From contig JBLDXI010000020.1 of NCBI GenBank assembly GCA_047495785.1, forward strand, positions 1,860,001-1,924,000: a stretch of DNA of 64,000 nucleotides. Direction: 5' to 3'. The notes below the pieces were generated by a model. It was not told the origin of the DNA, made no database searches, and saw nothing but the letters and a program-made list of their open reading frames with translations. Source of the DNA: Lepidodermella squamata. Lineage: Eukaryota > Animalia > Gastrotricha. Below are positions 49,332-61,555 of the stretch, in pieces; the stretch's first letter is position 1, and every line of letters starts with the position of its first letter. Made by a program: the position numbers and the translations under genes.

Positions 49332-50108
49332 AGGAAGTATTAAAAGGCCGATCAACAAGGCTTTCGAGGGAGTGACAGTGCGACAGCCACGCAGCGTAAT
49401 GTACCCAGCTTGCCAGTCTCCAAGTTCTCTAAGTTCTGCATGAATCAAAAAGAGTGGGCAAATTCCTAAGATCGGAAACTGTCTCCGTTCAATAATCAAA
49501 TAATTTGGCAAGGTCAATTTTCCAAATATGTCTGCGGGAGAGGATATTGAAATAAGAGACGGTGTGGTCACGGGATGACGTGGTGAAATGATTACTTTTA
49601 TACCTTCAAAGTTTCAAGAGGAAGTGCGAAACAACATTTCCTGTCTCGGTAGCGCAAAATCGCGAATCTACTAGAAACGCGCAATAGACCGTAGACAACG
49701 GTATCGGATGTTCGGAAAGGCGTAGAAATCGTCTGATAACAGGTCAGCTGTACGCGCGAGACAAAATGTTGTTATGAATGAGAACTATTTACTGCCCCCG
49801 GGGTCAAAGAAAGCGAGCGTCTTCCAATCGATTATTCGAGATAGGTTTAAAGAATTGCAGTGAACTAATTCTTCACATATCTGAACTTAGCACTTACCAC
49901 AGACAAGAAGTGTCGGAGGGACTCCGCGTGAGGATCGTCTTCCTGCGGGTCACCTACGCCGAATAGATGCTGTTGTTATGAGAATAAATCACGAATGCGC
50001 GAGCTGTAAACAAGCCACGGTCATGCTGCAGCAATGTTGATAGATCGGGATCGTGTTTCAATACCAGAGAAAAATAGTCGGAGTATAGTCATTCAAAGTT
50101 ATTTCGCC

Positions 50109-50602
50109 ATGGTTAATTTTATCCTATTGCTGTTCATAACTTTACTTGAACTCACCAGAGCTGATGGCGAATTGGTAGGAAATAATTCAGATACACGTGA
50201 TCTGAAAGCTCAATTCAATGGCTTACGATCGATGTTTATCGGCACAGAAACGGGGCTTAATCTTATCGGGAATATCAACAAATTGAAAATGTCACCAGTC
50301 GATGAGGAGAATAACGCAACGAGAGGTTTCGAAAACTCACGCGAGGATTTGAGCTATCTTGAAAGCCACTTCGGCCTTGAGCCGAATATAAGGGCGAAAT
50401 TTGTCAATTGGCTTGAGAATAAACTCAACTTTGCAGCGAAGGAGAAATGCTTAAAATGCTTCAAGGTAAAATTTGTTAAAAAATCACTCTCTTTTCTTAA
50501 TTCTTCGATTTTGAACAGAGGAATTTGTCGAAACTGTTTCCCTGTATCATCAGCCCGCTGAGGACGAAAATTCGGCTTATAAAGAGGACCTGCAAAGGCT
50601 AA
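50109..50602 (+). CDS. Secreted 4-Cys family member 12 (short loop)
   Basis: MVNFILLLFITLLELTRA...CLKCFK | intron 50466-50518 | RNLSKLFPCIISPLRTKIRLIKRTCKG*. Confidence 0.9.
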
Positions 50603-51092
50603 CCTTGTCGGTTATTTATTTCTCATCTTCAATCGACTGCTTTTAAATCACAATTTTTATTATTATTATTATTTGATTCTTAATGCGGAGGTCAAGTGTG
50701 CGCATGCTTAACCTACATTTCTTTATTACCGTGTTCGCTTCAATAAAATGGGCCATTATTTTATGAAACAATTCAAACGTAATTGATTGCTTTAAACTTT
50801 GTTTTTCCTACTCATATTTATACAATGGCGGATGTCGGTTGGAATATATACGATTTTAACAGGGCAGAATGAATGCTGTGTGGGTGTGGTAATTTTCGTC
50901 ATCGCACACTATAATAAATAATAAAAAGGGCTTTTCGTGACACTCCGCAACACATCGATCGTATCATATTATTCGAGGGCGCTAATTGACGAGTACAATC
51001 TGTCGAGACGAGCATCTTCCGACTGCCCGCATTACAGTTTCATAAACAGGATTTATAACAACCCTAGCCTTATTATTTGATTTTTTTACGAG

Positions 51093-51601
51093 ATGGCTAA
51101 CTCGCTTTTGATTACCTTGATCTTCGCAACAGCAGGGCTTGCGGCTTGCAATGAAATTTCAATCGGCGATACCGACCTGAAAGCCAGCTATTCCAACTAC
51201 CTGAAAACTGGCAAATACATCGGCGGGCAGGGCCCTGTTAAACTGAAGGCTAAGGAAGCGTTGGATCTCATCGATCAGCTGGAAAATTTCGACCTTCAAA
51301 GCAGCGACAATTCCGCGAGTGGCGTCGAGTTCGAAAACAGTACGTCAGCAAGAGTTGCATTCCAACTACGTTTTGTCAAATGGATTGAAAAAAACATGCG
51401 AGTAGCGGCTAATAAAGCATGCGTCAGGTGTTACAAGGTAAGAGAGGAATTTTATTTATTAATAAATATTTTTTGTTATTTTTTCCCCGACCGCAGAGAA
51501 TTCCGACGACAATGTTGCAATGTGTATCGCACTCGGATCTGCGGCAAAAAATGACCATGATCCGGAACCACTGCACCGACTACGCAAACGCTGCATTTTG
51601 A
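51093..51601 (+). CDS. Secreted 4-Cys family member 13 (short loop)
   Basis: CVRCYK | intron 51438-51496 | RIPTTMLQCVSHSDLRQKMTMIRNHCTDYANAAF*. Confidence 0.9.
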
Positions 51602-51975
51602 ACATTGAAATTTTTCCACTATTTTGACTGAATATCTCGCCCCGATAATTGCGAATAAAGGCTTGAGTTCGATCATATTTTTGAGTCAAAATATTATCGA
51701 GTGTCCCTTTCCTTTTACCGCATTATGGACGGAATTATAGATATGCATTATGCATGTCTGGGTTTGTCAAAAACGCACCTTATCAGACAGGTCAGGCGAT
51801 GATCTTTCAGAATCTTCAAAGAAATAATAGCTGGATCAAGTGACTAGATGCGTGAGCCGAATGTCCATGCATGGGTGGTTAATTTAGCGATGTGAGAGAC
51901 ACGAAATTCTATTAGGAATAGTTGGTCACCATCAATCAGGTGTCCACCGAAACACTACCCTGAGTCATTTGTTTA

Positions 51976-53128
51976 TTTACCATTAAAAAATAGTCTGTTT
52001 GGGCTCCAGTTTTAATTAACGCCTAATTGGCCTGTCCTCTTGCGCCAATTTGGCTCATCTTAAGACAAAATAAGGTCGCTAACCACTGAGGGCAATTACC
52101 CTTTTCTTTTGACCATCCAAGTTTTGTTAGTTCCGCGAACTCTGATCTTGATACGCTTCCAGCACCATCGTATAGCTTACAACCTTGAATATTTCCCTAT
52201 TCCGCGGAACGATTATTTTCAAGTCAAACGCCCCCAAAAAACGCGGGGGATCCCAGACAGGACAGCAGGTGATCAACTTTTCAGGGTTGACCAAGGGAAT
52301 TCTCCATCTCATCAGCTTTCGTTCGATTTTCAGGAATTATTCAAGAAGCGTGGGGCTTTTAGAGAAACCACCACCCACCCCTTAATATATATTTAATTAA
52401 AAATCGGCATGGGCGCTCTCCTACCTTCACTCTCTGAAATCGAAAGAATGACTAGAATCAGACGATGAGATTCTGAGTTCTGGTCGAAAATCTGGCAAAG
52501 CTGAACGCGGAAAATTGTCGCTAGAAAAAGCAGAGGATGAAATAACATGAAATATCACTGGGGTTCTAACAATCTAACCAACCTTAATATATGTTCATTC
52601 AGCTGCATTTACCATAAAAAATGGTTACGCATCATTGGGCCTCAGTTTGGCAATTTTTTATTGGCGCACCTAATTGGCTTGTCCTTGTGCGCCAATTCGG
52701 GTCATTTTTAAAGAAATTTTTAATGAGATATCGCCAAACCACTGATGTAGAAATAAAAGGGCAATTATCTTCGCCCCTGCTAATACTTTTGACCGTCCAA
52801 GCTTTTCTAGTCCATGAATGCGTCCGCGAACTCTGATCTTGATAAGCAACAGCGTAGGGGTTTAAAAATTGAATAATTCTGCGAAAGTTATTCATTTAAT
52901 TTCTAAGTCAAATTGACCATAAAACGCGGGGGATTTTAGACAGGATAACCTTGGATACTTCAGGCTTTGCAGGTGATCAAGTTTTCAGGGTTGAACGCGT
53001 TAGAAAAAAGGAATTTTTGCCTACAATTTTCCATCTCGTCAGGTTTCGTTCGATTTTCAGGGAAAACTGCCAGCAGCGTGACTTCAGATGATGTTGTTTT
53101 GGGACCACCATTCCTTAAAATAATATCT
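51976..53128 (+). repeat. Two diverged direct copies (~51976-52396 and ~52607-53128) of a ~0.45-kb non-coding unit
   Basis: Shared blocks CCTAATTGGC.TGTCC, TCCGCGAACTCTGATCTTGATA, AAAACGCGGGGGAT, CAGGTGATCAA.TTTTCAGGGTTGA, TTTCGTTCGATTTTCAGG. Confidence 0.88.
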
Positions 53129-53440
53129 TCGCAAATTTTAATGGCGTCATATCAGCGAAAAACAAGCAAATTTGCAGAACAGGAAACCCGGGAATCTTAT
53201 CGCCCACATTTGGTTTGAATTTCAAAATTCATCTCAGCACAATCTACAGGGTGGCCAAAAAGTTCCGCAGAAGGCGAATTCGATGCGCATCTAGTAATGA
53301 GGAGTTTTAAGAAGTTAAAGAATTTCAAGCATTCTTTTGCCAATGGAACTCAATTATTCATTATTATTCATTTAATTTTTTATTATTTTGAAAATTCGTT
53401 GAAATTTAGGATCGAATTTACATCCTACCTGATCCTACCT

Positions 53441-53484
53441 GGGGGAGAGTATTTTTAGATCTCGATCTAAAAATACTCTCCCCC
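53441..53484. repeat. Perfect inverted repeat, 21-bp arms, 2-nt loop
   Basis: GGGGGAGAGTATTTTTAGATC-TC-GATCTAAAAATACTCTCCCCC. Confidence 0.95.
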
Positions 53485-53882
53485 GCGTAATTATGTTAAA
53501 ATAACTGAAAATTATTCTCAGCTCAAGCTATGCAATCTATAAAAACATGGTTTTACTCCCCTCGTTATGGTATTCGAAATATCTTTTATTCATATTATTA
53601 TAAAAGTTCGTTTATATTTAGGATCAAGTTTACCTCCTACCCCCGGAAACTTCTAAAAATACGCTCCTCCTCCTAATATTTTTAATAATTTATTAGGCAG
53701 TTACGCGCGCTCGGATCCGAAATTACCCGTTCTCATTAAAACGCAGTCGAAATCCAGTTCCAAGTTGAAACAATGTTTATTTCGAACAAAATAAGGCCGC
53801 ATAAATAATTTATCTAAGGCGTAGAAACAACGCTGAATGAAATAATTCATTCATATCACGAAAAGTTCTTCATGATGATTCA

Positions 53883-56800
53883 TCAGTCGTCAAAAACAGC
53901 ATCGTCGATGAAAAAATCATCATCAGCAACCACTGACTCATCCTCGCTCATGCTTTGGCTGTCAGCTGATGACGATGAGCTTGTGCCATTGCCGGTTCCG
54001 CTCGGCCGCCCAGCGCCACGGTTGATCGACGCCGCGCCGCCGCCGTTTGGCGCACTCTGAATGCTCGGCGCCGGCTGGCCCGGCAGAACGCTGCCCGTCG
54101 TCGGATTGACGCTTCTCCACGTGTTGGCCGAGTTTCGAATGTTGAGCTGGCTAGCTGGCAGTAGCTTGTCCTTGTAGTCGTACAGCGGCACGTTGAACGA
54201 TGTGAAACACGAACCGGCGAAGCGGAGAAAGCGATGCAGGGTGCTGCTTTGCCAAACTGACCATGTGTTCTTCTCGATATCGTACATGGATAGAGTTCCT
54301 TGCGGCTTGTTCTGAGCGTCATAACCGCCGCAAACGCAAATGCCCTTCACAATCGATTGATCATTTTCGTCGAAAACTGAAAAATTGAAAATAAAATTGG
54401 TTAATTTAAATTTAAATTAATTTGAAATTTTGAAAATTAATCTTAATTTGAACTTTGAGAAAGAAAAAAGGTTCCAACCTGCGAAACAAGCGCCCTCGTT
54501 ATGCATGGATGGGACAGGTTCCGTCAGGTGCCACGTGAGATCGTCCAAGTCGAGGTATTCGCCAGCTGCGATCGGGCGTTTTCGATGATCGACACCGCCA
54601 AACACGTAAATTCGACGCCCGGCGGGGATTACGGTGTGAAAAGCTCGATCATGACGCATACCTGCGAGAAAAAACAGGAAAATTAAATGAAAATTAAATC
54701 GTCAATGCCATACTGGTCAGCTGTTCCCAACGATCGGTTCCAGGGTGGTACCGGAAGACCTCGGCGCAAATATCGCCAATCGAATCATCGCCTTTCCAAC
54801 CTCCTGGAAAATTTAAAATTATTTCCCGATTTTTGCCAATTTTAGCCTAAAACCCACCAAAAGTGTAGAAATAGCCGTCCGATCCTGCGCAGCCAGCCGT
54901 GCCGGAGTACTCCTCAGGCATCGAAGCGATGAAAGACCAAGCATTAGTAGTCGGGTCGTACATTTCGCAGGTTTTGCTAGCCGTGAATCGGTACTCGCCG
55001 CCCGCAACGTAGATTTTTCCGTTGATAGCTGCCGCGGCGAAATAGGCCCGTCGCTCGAGCATCGGTTCGGCTTTCCACCACTTGTTGCAGCGAGGGTCGT
55101 AGCGCCAAACTGTGTTCACAGCCGTAAGGCCTCTTTGACAAATTGCTAAAATAAATGCAAAGGAACAAAAATTAGAAAAATTCAATATTTAAAATAAAAA
55201 TCCTAATAATCCTATTAAAAAGCATTCGTATTCCTAATAAGGTGAATCCTTATCGATCAAGGAAGGAAAATTTTGAAATCGAAAAATTTTGGAAAAATTT
55301 AGTACTGGAACCTTAATTTTAGTCGCCCAAATGGCCTAAATCGGCCAGCTTGAAGTGGTTTTTTTTCTTGGTTTGCCCATTTGATGCGTAAAAATCTATG
55401 ATTTCAGTTTACTTAGATTTGAAACTGGAAAGGTGAAGGCCGAATTTGATTTTTAGACGTAAATTTTAATCTCGCTTGTCTCATAAGTAACGCAAACAAA
55501 GGAAATACACGGAAAAGGAATCAGAAACTCTAAAATGCGAGGGGCATTAGTATCTCATGGCTTGGGAAATCTTAGAAAAATTAGAAAAATCTAAAATGTC
55601 ATAGGAATAGTAATCAACTATGTCTCTTGTAAATGGGATTAAAAAGTCCGAAGCAGATTGATCCAACTTGGTAAAAAAAAACGAAAATTACCGAACCAGT
55701 TACCATTGGAGTTTTCAGGGTTTTCTCAGAATTTCTTTGGTAAAATCGCGTATAAAGAATGGGAGATTCCCCCCATTCTTAAAAAGATTTAATTGAAAAT
55801 TTGAAGTTATTTTGAAGTTTCCTGAACACCCAGGAAATTTTCAATAAAATTGAATTTTGAATTTGGCCCCAGAATTGGAGCTTGTACAGTAATAATGCCA
55901 ATTTTCAAGCTTTTTGGCCATTTCAAGCCTTGAAAAGCGTCCAAAATCCGAAAATTCCAAAATGGGTGAAAAAAACTTACTTCGAGCTCCGCCCATGACG
56001 TAGACAAAGTCGTTGATCGAAACAGCCTGGTGATGCGAGACGGCTTGCTCCGGCACAGCAGTGATAATCGTAACCTCAGACGGATCGTCAGCGTTGATTT
56101 CGACAATCTCAGCCTGCAGCACCTCCTCGCCACTGCTCAACAGCGACTTGCCAGCAACTCGAACCGACACGCGGCGATGCGCTCGCATTCGATTCTGATC
56201 CGAGCAAATCGTCGCCTGCAAATGCGGCTTAGCCAAATAGTCCAAGGCGTCGTAGACTCGTTGAAACGACGAAACATCAGCAATTGTATCACCCTGCGGC
56301 GCCGTAGTCAACTCGTGAGCAATCGGCAACAGTGAAATCAACGCATCGTGATCGACCAACATCAGCCGGATGCACCTCAAAATTTGCCGAACCTTGTAAA
56401 AATCCTGCCGCTCGCCATTAGCATCCAGCCATTTAGTCGCCGTCGCCAACAAATCGGTCTCCTTCATTCTCAAAGTGTCACTTTTCAGCAGTTCGATCAT
56501 TTGGTTGTAAGAGATGCGGCGAAGATGCGCGTCCTTTTTCGACATTTTCGCTATGCGCCGCTCGACGAAGCTTTGAACAGCCGTCACGGTTGAGCGGAGC
56601 GCGTAGAAATCAGCCAGCTGGTACACGCCATCGAGGTTGCGGCTCGTTATCGACGACTGAAGAACCTTCTCGCAGATTTCAACCGCCTTTGGCATTTGTA
56701 GGAAAGTCGCAGTTTTGATCAAATCTTCAAGTTCCGACTGATCTTCGACACTAGTTGCGCCCAGATACGCGACCTCGAGACATTTGACCAGCGATCGGGA

Positions 56801-57046
56801 GGGAATGATCGGCAGTTTGATCTCGCCTGTAGCAAAATCGATGGAGAAAGCATCGCCGCCAGCTTGTTGTTGCTGTTGTTGATTTCGAAAAAGTGAGTGG
56901 AAAAATTGCGACGAAGCGGCGAGAATGTTGCGATGAGCGGCGATTCGAACATCGTCATTCGTGCATAGCGTGACATCGGTTAGGAAAGAATCCATTCGCA
57001 TCTGGTCGAGATTCACGTCTCGAAGGTTGCCGGACGGGCCAGACAT
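53883..57046 (-). CDS. Kelch-like protein (BTB-BACK-Kelch)
   Basis: LTDVTL...AHRNILAASSQFF (BTB), BACK region, several GG-containing kelch repeats (VYVMGG, IYVAGG, IYVFGG, CVCGG), acidic low-complexity tail. Confidence 0.93.
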
Positions 57047-58480
57047 GTTGAAAAAACGCCGTGCGTGAAAAGTGAAACAAAAACAAAAACAATTGAACAA
57101 AACAAAAAGTAATGAAAAATTGCGTAAAAAAATTAAGGCGGAATACTTATTTTCGATTTTCGATTTCACTTTTCATTTTTGGTTTGATGTTGACTCCAAA
57201 CAAAAGGATTTATCTACGTAAAAGTGTTACCAGCTAGCTACTTTGTTCAGCTTTCTCGCTGAATTCTAGATAGAATTCATTTATGGGATTAAAATTTCGA
57301 AAAATTACTCGTGTTCAGTACGTTCCAGAATTCTTACCCGCCAACTGGCAAATGTAAAAATAATGTAAATAAATTCGTAAATAATTGTGAAATAATGTCA
57401 GATAAGCATGATAAAAGCGACTGCCCATTTGACAGGTTTTTTACCCTGGACCACATTGGCCTACTTGCACATTAATTAGAAAAATTCAGTATTAGCAAGG
57501 ATTTTGCTCCTTGTAAAATTGTTACGATGTGTGGTAACCCTGAAGCACTGTTCAATTTTTTTCCGAACTTGAACCTTCAACATACCATTCAGATACCATT
57601 TCGGCTCTAATAGATATAGTATTAGCTCTGTTAAAATTCAGAATTCAGGTTTCAGGATGAAATCTAAGCATTACAACTTGTTCTAAATTTTCCAATTTGT
57701 ACTCACTTTCGATCTAATCACCCTATATCCCTGGCGGTTTTTTATTTTATCGACCTGGTACCCGGTAGAATTTATAAAATTAAACAAGGTTGACCGTAGA
57801 CGGCTTCTAAGAAAAGCATTGGCAAATCAATATAATGATTTGTAAAGACGATATCGGCTTTTCAGGCTGGATCGTCTAACCTCAACTAAAACCGCTAATA
57901 GCACACAAAATGGTACAGCGCTAAAACAGCAACTGTGCAGAACAGCGAATGCGACAAAACAGCAACTTTTGTTATTTCGCGACAAAACTGCGAAAACTTA
58001 CTTATTATAAAAAATGCATCGTGTTTCTGCTCTTATGTCGCAAGTGAAAAAATTAGCTGTTTTGTCGCTTTTTCTGTTTTGGGCATTTGCTGTTATGAAA
58101 GTCCGCCCACAAAATCTCGCAATAGCGAAAGACTAGAAAACTTAGTTCTACAGCCTCAAATCTAGTGGTGGAACCCCAATTGGAACCCCGTGTGTGTCGA
58201 GCTCGACACGCCCTATACGAAATAAAATTTGGTTTCATTAATTGGTTTCACTTTGAGAATTTATGCTCCAATTGTTTCCAATATTTATCCTATTAAATTT
58301 TCAAGCCATTAATCACCCGTTTTTCAGCACCTGAAATAAGCTCCGTAATCATAAACCAAATATTTAAAAATTTATTTTCCAAAAATAGAATGTCACGTGG
58401 CTATAATAATTGTTGAACGATCACAGCAAATAAATAATTCATAAAATTTAAAAGAGATGATATGGAGGTTGTTAGTTCTA

Positions 58481-58817
58481 TCATCCTACTGGTCGAATAG
58501 CTCGCCGTCTGTCCCAAGGCCTGTCCCAGTTAACAGTCGTTGGCTCTTGACGCGGCGCCACCGGAGTTGCCTGAGTCTCAACTAGTCGCGGAGCTGATGT
58601 CGTTGTTTGAGGTCGGGACAATGACGTAGTCGCTGGTGCCACGGTGGTAGAAGCTTGTTCGCCAGTAAATTCTGCTAAAAATGCCACCAGCAAAGCGATC
58701 CCGCCAAGAATAATCACCGAGGTTATCACGGTGTTCTGATAAAAAATAAAAAATGATTTTAGGGTTCAAAATTATTGATTAAAAACTTGCCAAGATGAAC
58801 AGCCAGGTCGCTTGCAT
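58481..58817 (-). CDS. Small single-TM/signal-anchor protein with Thr/Pro-rich region; GC-AG intron
   Basis: MQATWLFIL | 55-nt gcaagt...tttatcag intron 58790-58736 | NTVITSVIILGGIALLVAFLAEF...WDRPWDRRRAIRPVG*. Confidence 0.65.
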
Positions 58818-59704
58818 TTTTTTGTTAAATTTTAAAATTTTATTATTATTTTTCCTCATTTTTCACGTGATTTCCAGTGCCACGCGATTTAAAACCAGCA
58901 CGCGATTAATGCCTTACGCGATCTCGAGGCTTTTTTCCCACAACAATGCTGTGTTCGATCAGGAACCTGCCAGAACGATGCGCAATCAGTCGAACACCTG
59001 TTTGTTAATAAACGAGGCTAAAAATCGGTACCTGTGCCTGCCTTCATAGCATGGCAGGCTGTAGATGGTTTATTTACGAGGTGCGTTGCTAGTAACAGGT
59101 TTGAAAGCAGTATAGTTGCGAGCGAAAATCACGCGAAAATATTGTTATACCTCGGGCGCGCGATAATGGCTTTGAAATGATACAAGGCGCCATACTTATT
59201 CGGATATAAACTATCTATGATATCGGCGTAATAATGCTAAACAATAATTTTCTTCGAACACGCCCGCGTATCCACTTGTTGAAGACGAACCGAGCGCTGA
59301 CAGCTGCGATACAAGTGCGCGCAGTATTGCGCTGCTGATGATGGTTGGTCTGGCGCGCGCGCCCCGAAGCCCGCAGCGCAATTAACAACTTGTTGCCGTT
59401 CAGGAAACGAACGTGAACGTGAACGAGCGCGCGCAAGTTCGTGATGCGCGCGAGCTCAGGCTATCTAAGATACCCAGTAGATATAACACAACCACCAATC
59501 AAGTAATCAATACTTTTAGGGTGGCTAACTCGTACGTCTTCCGCACACCTTGCGATAACCTATAGGCAATTTTATATACGACTACTACTACGTTATATCG
59601 CGCAACCTGCCTCATATAGCGTAATTTTCCTTCCAACTAGCACGCGATACAATTCAATCAAAAGTAACAATAATATAACCTCAAGTTCGTATCCGCACAC
59701 AGAG

Positions 59705-59718
59705 CACCTGCCCACCTG
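59705..59718. promoter_or_regulatory. Tandem CACCTG E-boxes ~230 bp upstream of snail ATG
   Basis: GCACCTGCCCACCTGT; CCAAT box nearby (~59787). Confidence 0.5.
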
Positions 59719-59945
59719 TGTGCGCGCGCGCGCGCGATCCTAGAGTGACCCTAGTAATAAAATCGCTCACGCTATTATTGCTGCCGGCCAATCAGCGCGC
59801 AGCTCGCACGCAATTGGCCCGCGCGCTCATCGCACACGCGCCGCTCCTTACATAAATAAGAAGTATAACAAGGCGCCCCCCAAGAAGATAATACACACAC
59901 GAGTCAATTTGGCTTACTCATTGGTCAATAAATCGCTTTCTTACC

Positions 59946-61555
59946 ATGACAGATCTCAGTAGACATCTTAAACGCGCTAAATCGCCTTCGAACGGCAATA
60001 ATTTTTCTATCATGGCGCTGGCTGCCAACAATTTACTAAATGGTGATAATAAGCCAGGTAATTAATATTGTTTTTTATATCAATAAATATTTTAATCTCT
60101 AATTTTTTCGTCCAGTTTTTCCGAATTTTTCCGCCGAAAATTTGTTGAGCAAACTTGGCATTCCTTCGCCGCAACAAGCGCCGATAAATTTGTCGCTAAG
60201 CGGGGCTATGGATACCAGTAACCCATCGCCACCAGTTGTGGACACCCCAAGCAACAACTGCCCATCGCCGCTATCGATGATTCGGCTAATGGCTGAGGGT
60301 GGGGCGGGAAATATCGTCCAGCCTGAAACAATCGCCCTTCGCGAGCACATGCAACGCCTCGAAGCGTTTTCTGCCTTAAAACAGGAACCGCGCATCGCCC
60401 CGGTTCCAGCTCCGCAACCACAGCAACAACCCCAACCCAACCCACTGGCACTTGTTAATTTGCTAAAAGTCCTTCAACAACAACAAAACGAGCAGAACCA
60501 GGTTGATGCGCTGTGCCGAATGGCCTGGCTGCAGGCGATGATAATGTCCCAAAAAACGGCGCCCGCGCCGCCGCCACGGCTACCACAACCGCCAGTTTTC
60601 GCCGAACTTCTCGCCCAGCTTCAACCGCAACAGCCGTCGCCGGCCGCTAGCAGTGATTCATCGTCGTGGCTGTTATCGGCGCATCTAGCCGCAGCGGCCG
60701 CCGCCGCCCAGCAACAGGGCGCCCACCTCGCGCACCCGCGCACCCCTTCGACAACCCTCTCGTCACCCCTGCCATCGACGCCATCAACCGGGCGCCAAAG
60801 CCTCGGCGGCTCGACGACACCCGCCTCAGGCGCGAGCAAAATTTTCTCAACCGGCTCGACAAAATCATCTTCAAACATCAAACGTCCAGCAAAGTAAATT
60901 GAAAAAATTAATTAATTAAAAAATCCACCTTAATTATTTTAATTATAGAATGGGCTCGTCTTCAGCTGGTTCTTCTTCGGCATCTGGTCGTTATTTGTGC
61001 GACGCTTGTCATAAGATGTATTCCACGTTATCCGGCCTGTCGAAGCACCGACAATTTCACTGCAGTACGCATTTGAAGAAGGAATTTCGCTGTAAATTCT
61101 GCGAAAAGGTCTATCAAAGCCTCGGAGCGTTGAAGATGCACATTCGAACGCACACGCTGCCGTGCCGGTGTAAAGTCTGCGGCAAGTGCTTCTCGCGGCC
61201 GTGGCTGTTGCAAGGCCACATTCGAACGCATACGGGTGAAAAACCATTCACGTGTGGCGAGTGCGGCCGCGCCTTCGCCGATCGGTCAAATTTGCGCGCG
61301 CACATGCAAACGCACTCGGACGTGAAGCGCTACTCGTGCCGGCGGTGCGCGAAAACTTTCTCGCGCATGTCGCTGTTGGTTAAACACGAGGAGAATAGCT
61401 GCCCTGTCCTGCAGGCCGCTGCTTCGGCCGCGTCAGCCGCCGCTGTTCAACTTGTTTCATCCGTTGGCGGGCTCAACAACAAACTCGTCATCGCCTCACC
61501 ACCGCCTATGATGCCTCAATCACCGGCCTCGGAGTCGGAAAACGACGATTATTGA
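59946..61555 (+). CDS. snail: Snail-family C2H2 zinc-finger repressor (5 fingers), 3 exons
   Basis: [63 protein letters not shown] are Snail rather than Scratch fingers; ~55-nt introns at ~60058-60115 and ~60894-60948. Confidence 0.95.

Noticed and set aside
38560-51601. Assignment of the peptide family to saposin-like, CHH/ITP, insulin, or nemertean B-toxin (which, from memory, also has CxxC-x10-C)
   Set aside because: Those have 6-8 Cys with different spacing; only partial pattern overlap. Needs structural comparison.
53246-53270. TACAGGGTGGCCAAAAAGT mariner-like terminus
   Set aside because: No matching opposite TIR found nearby.
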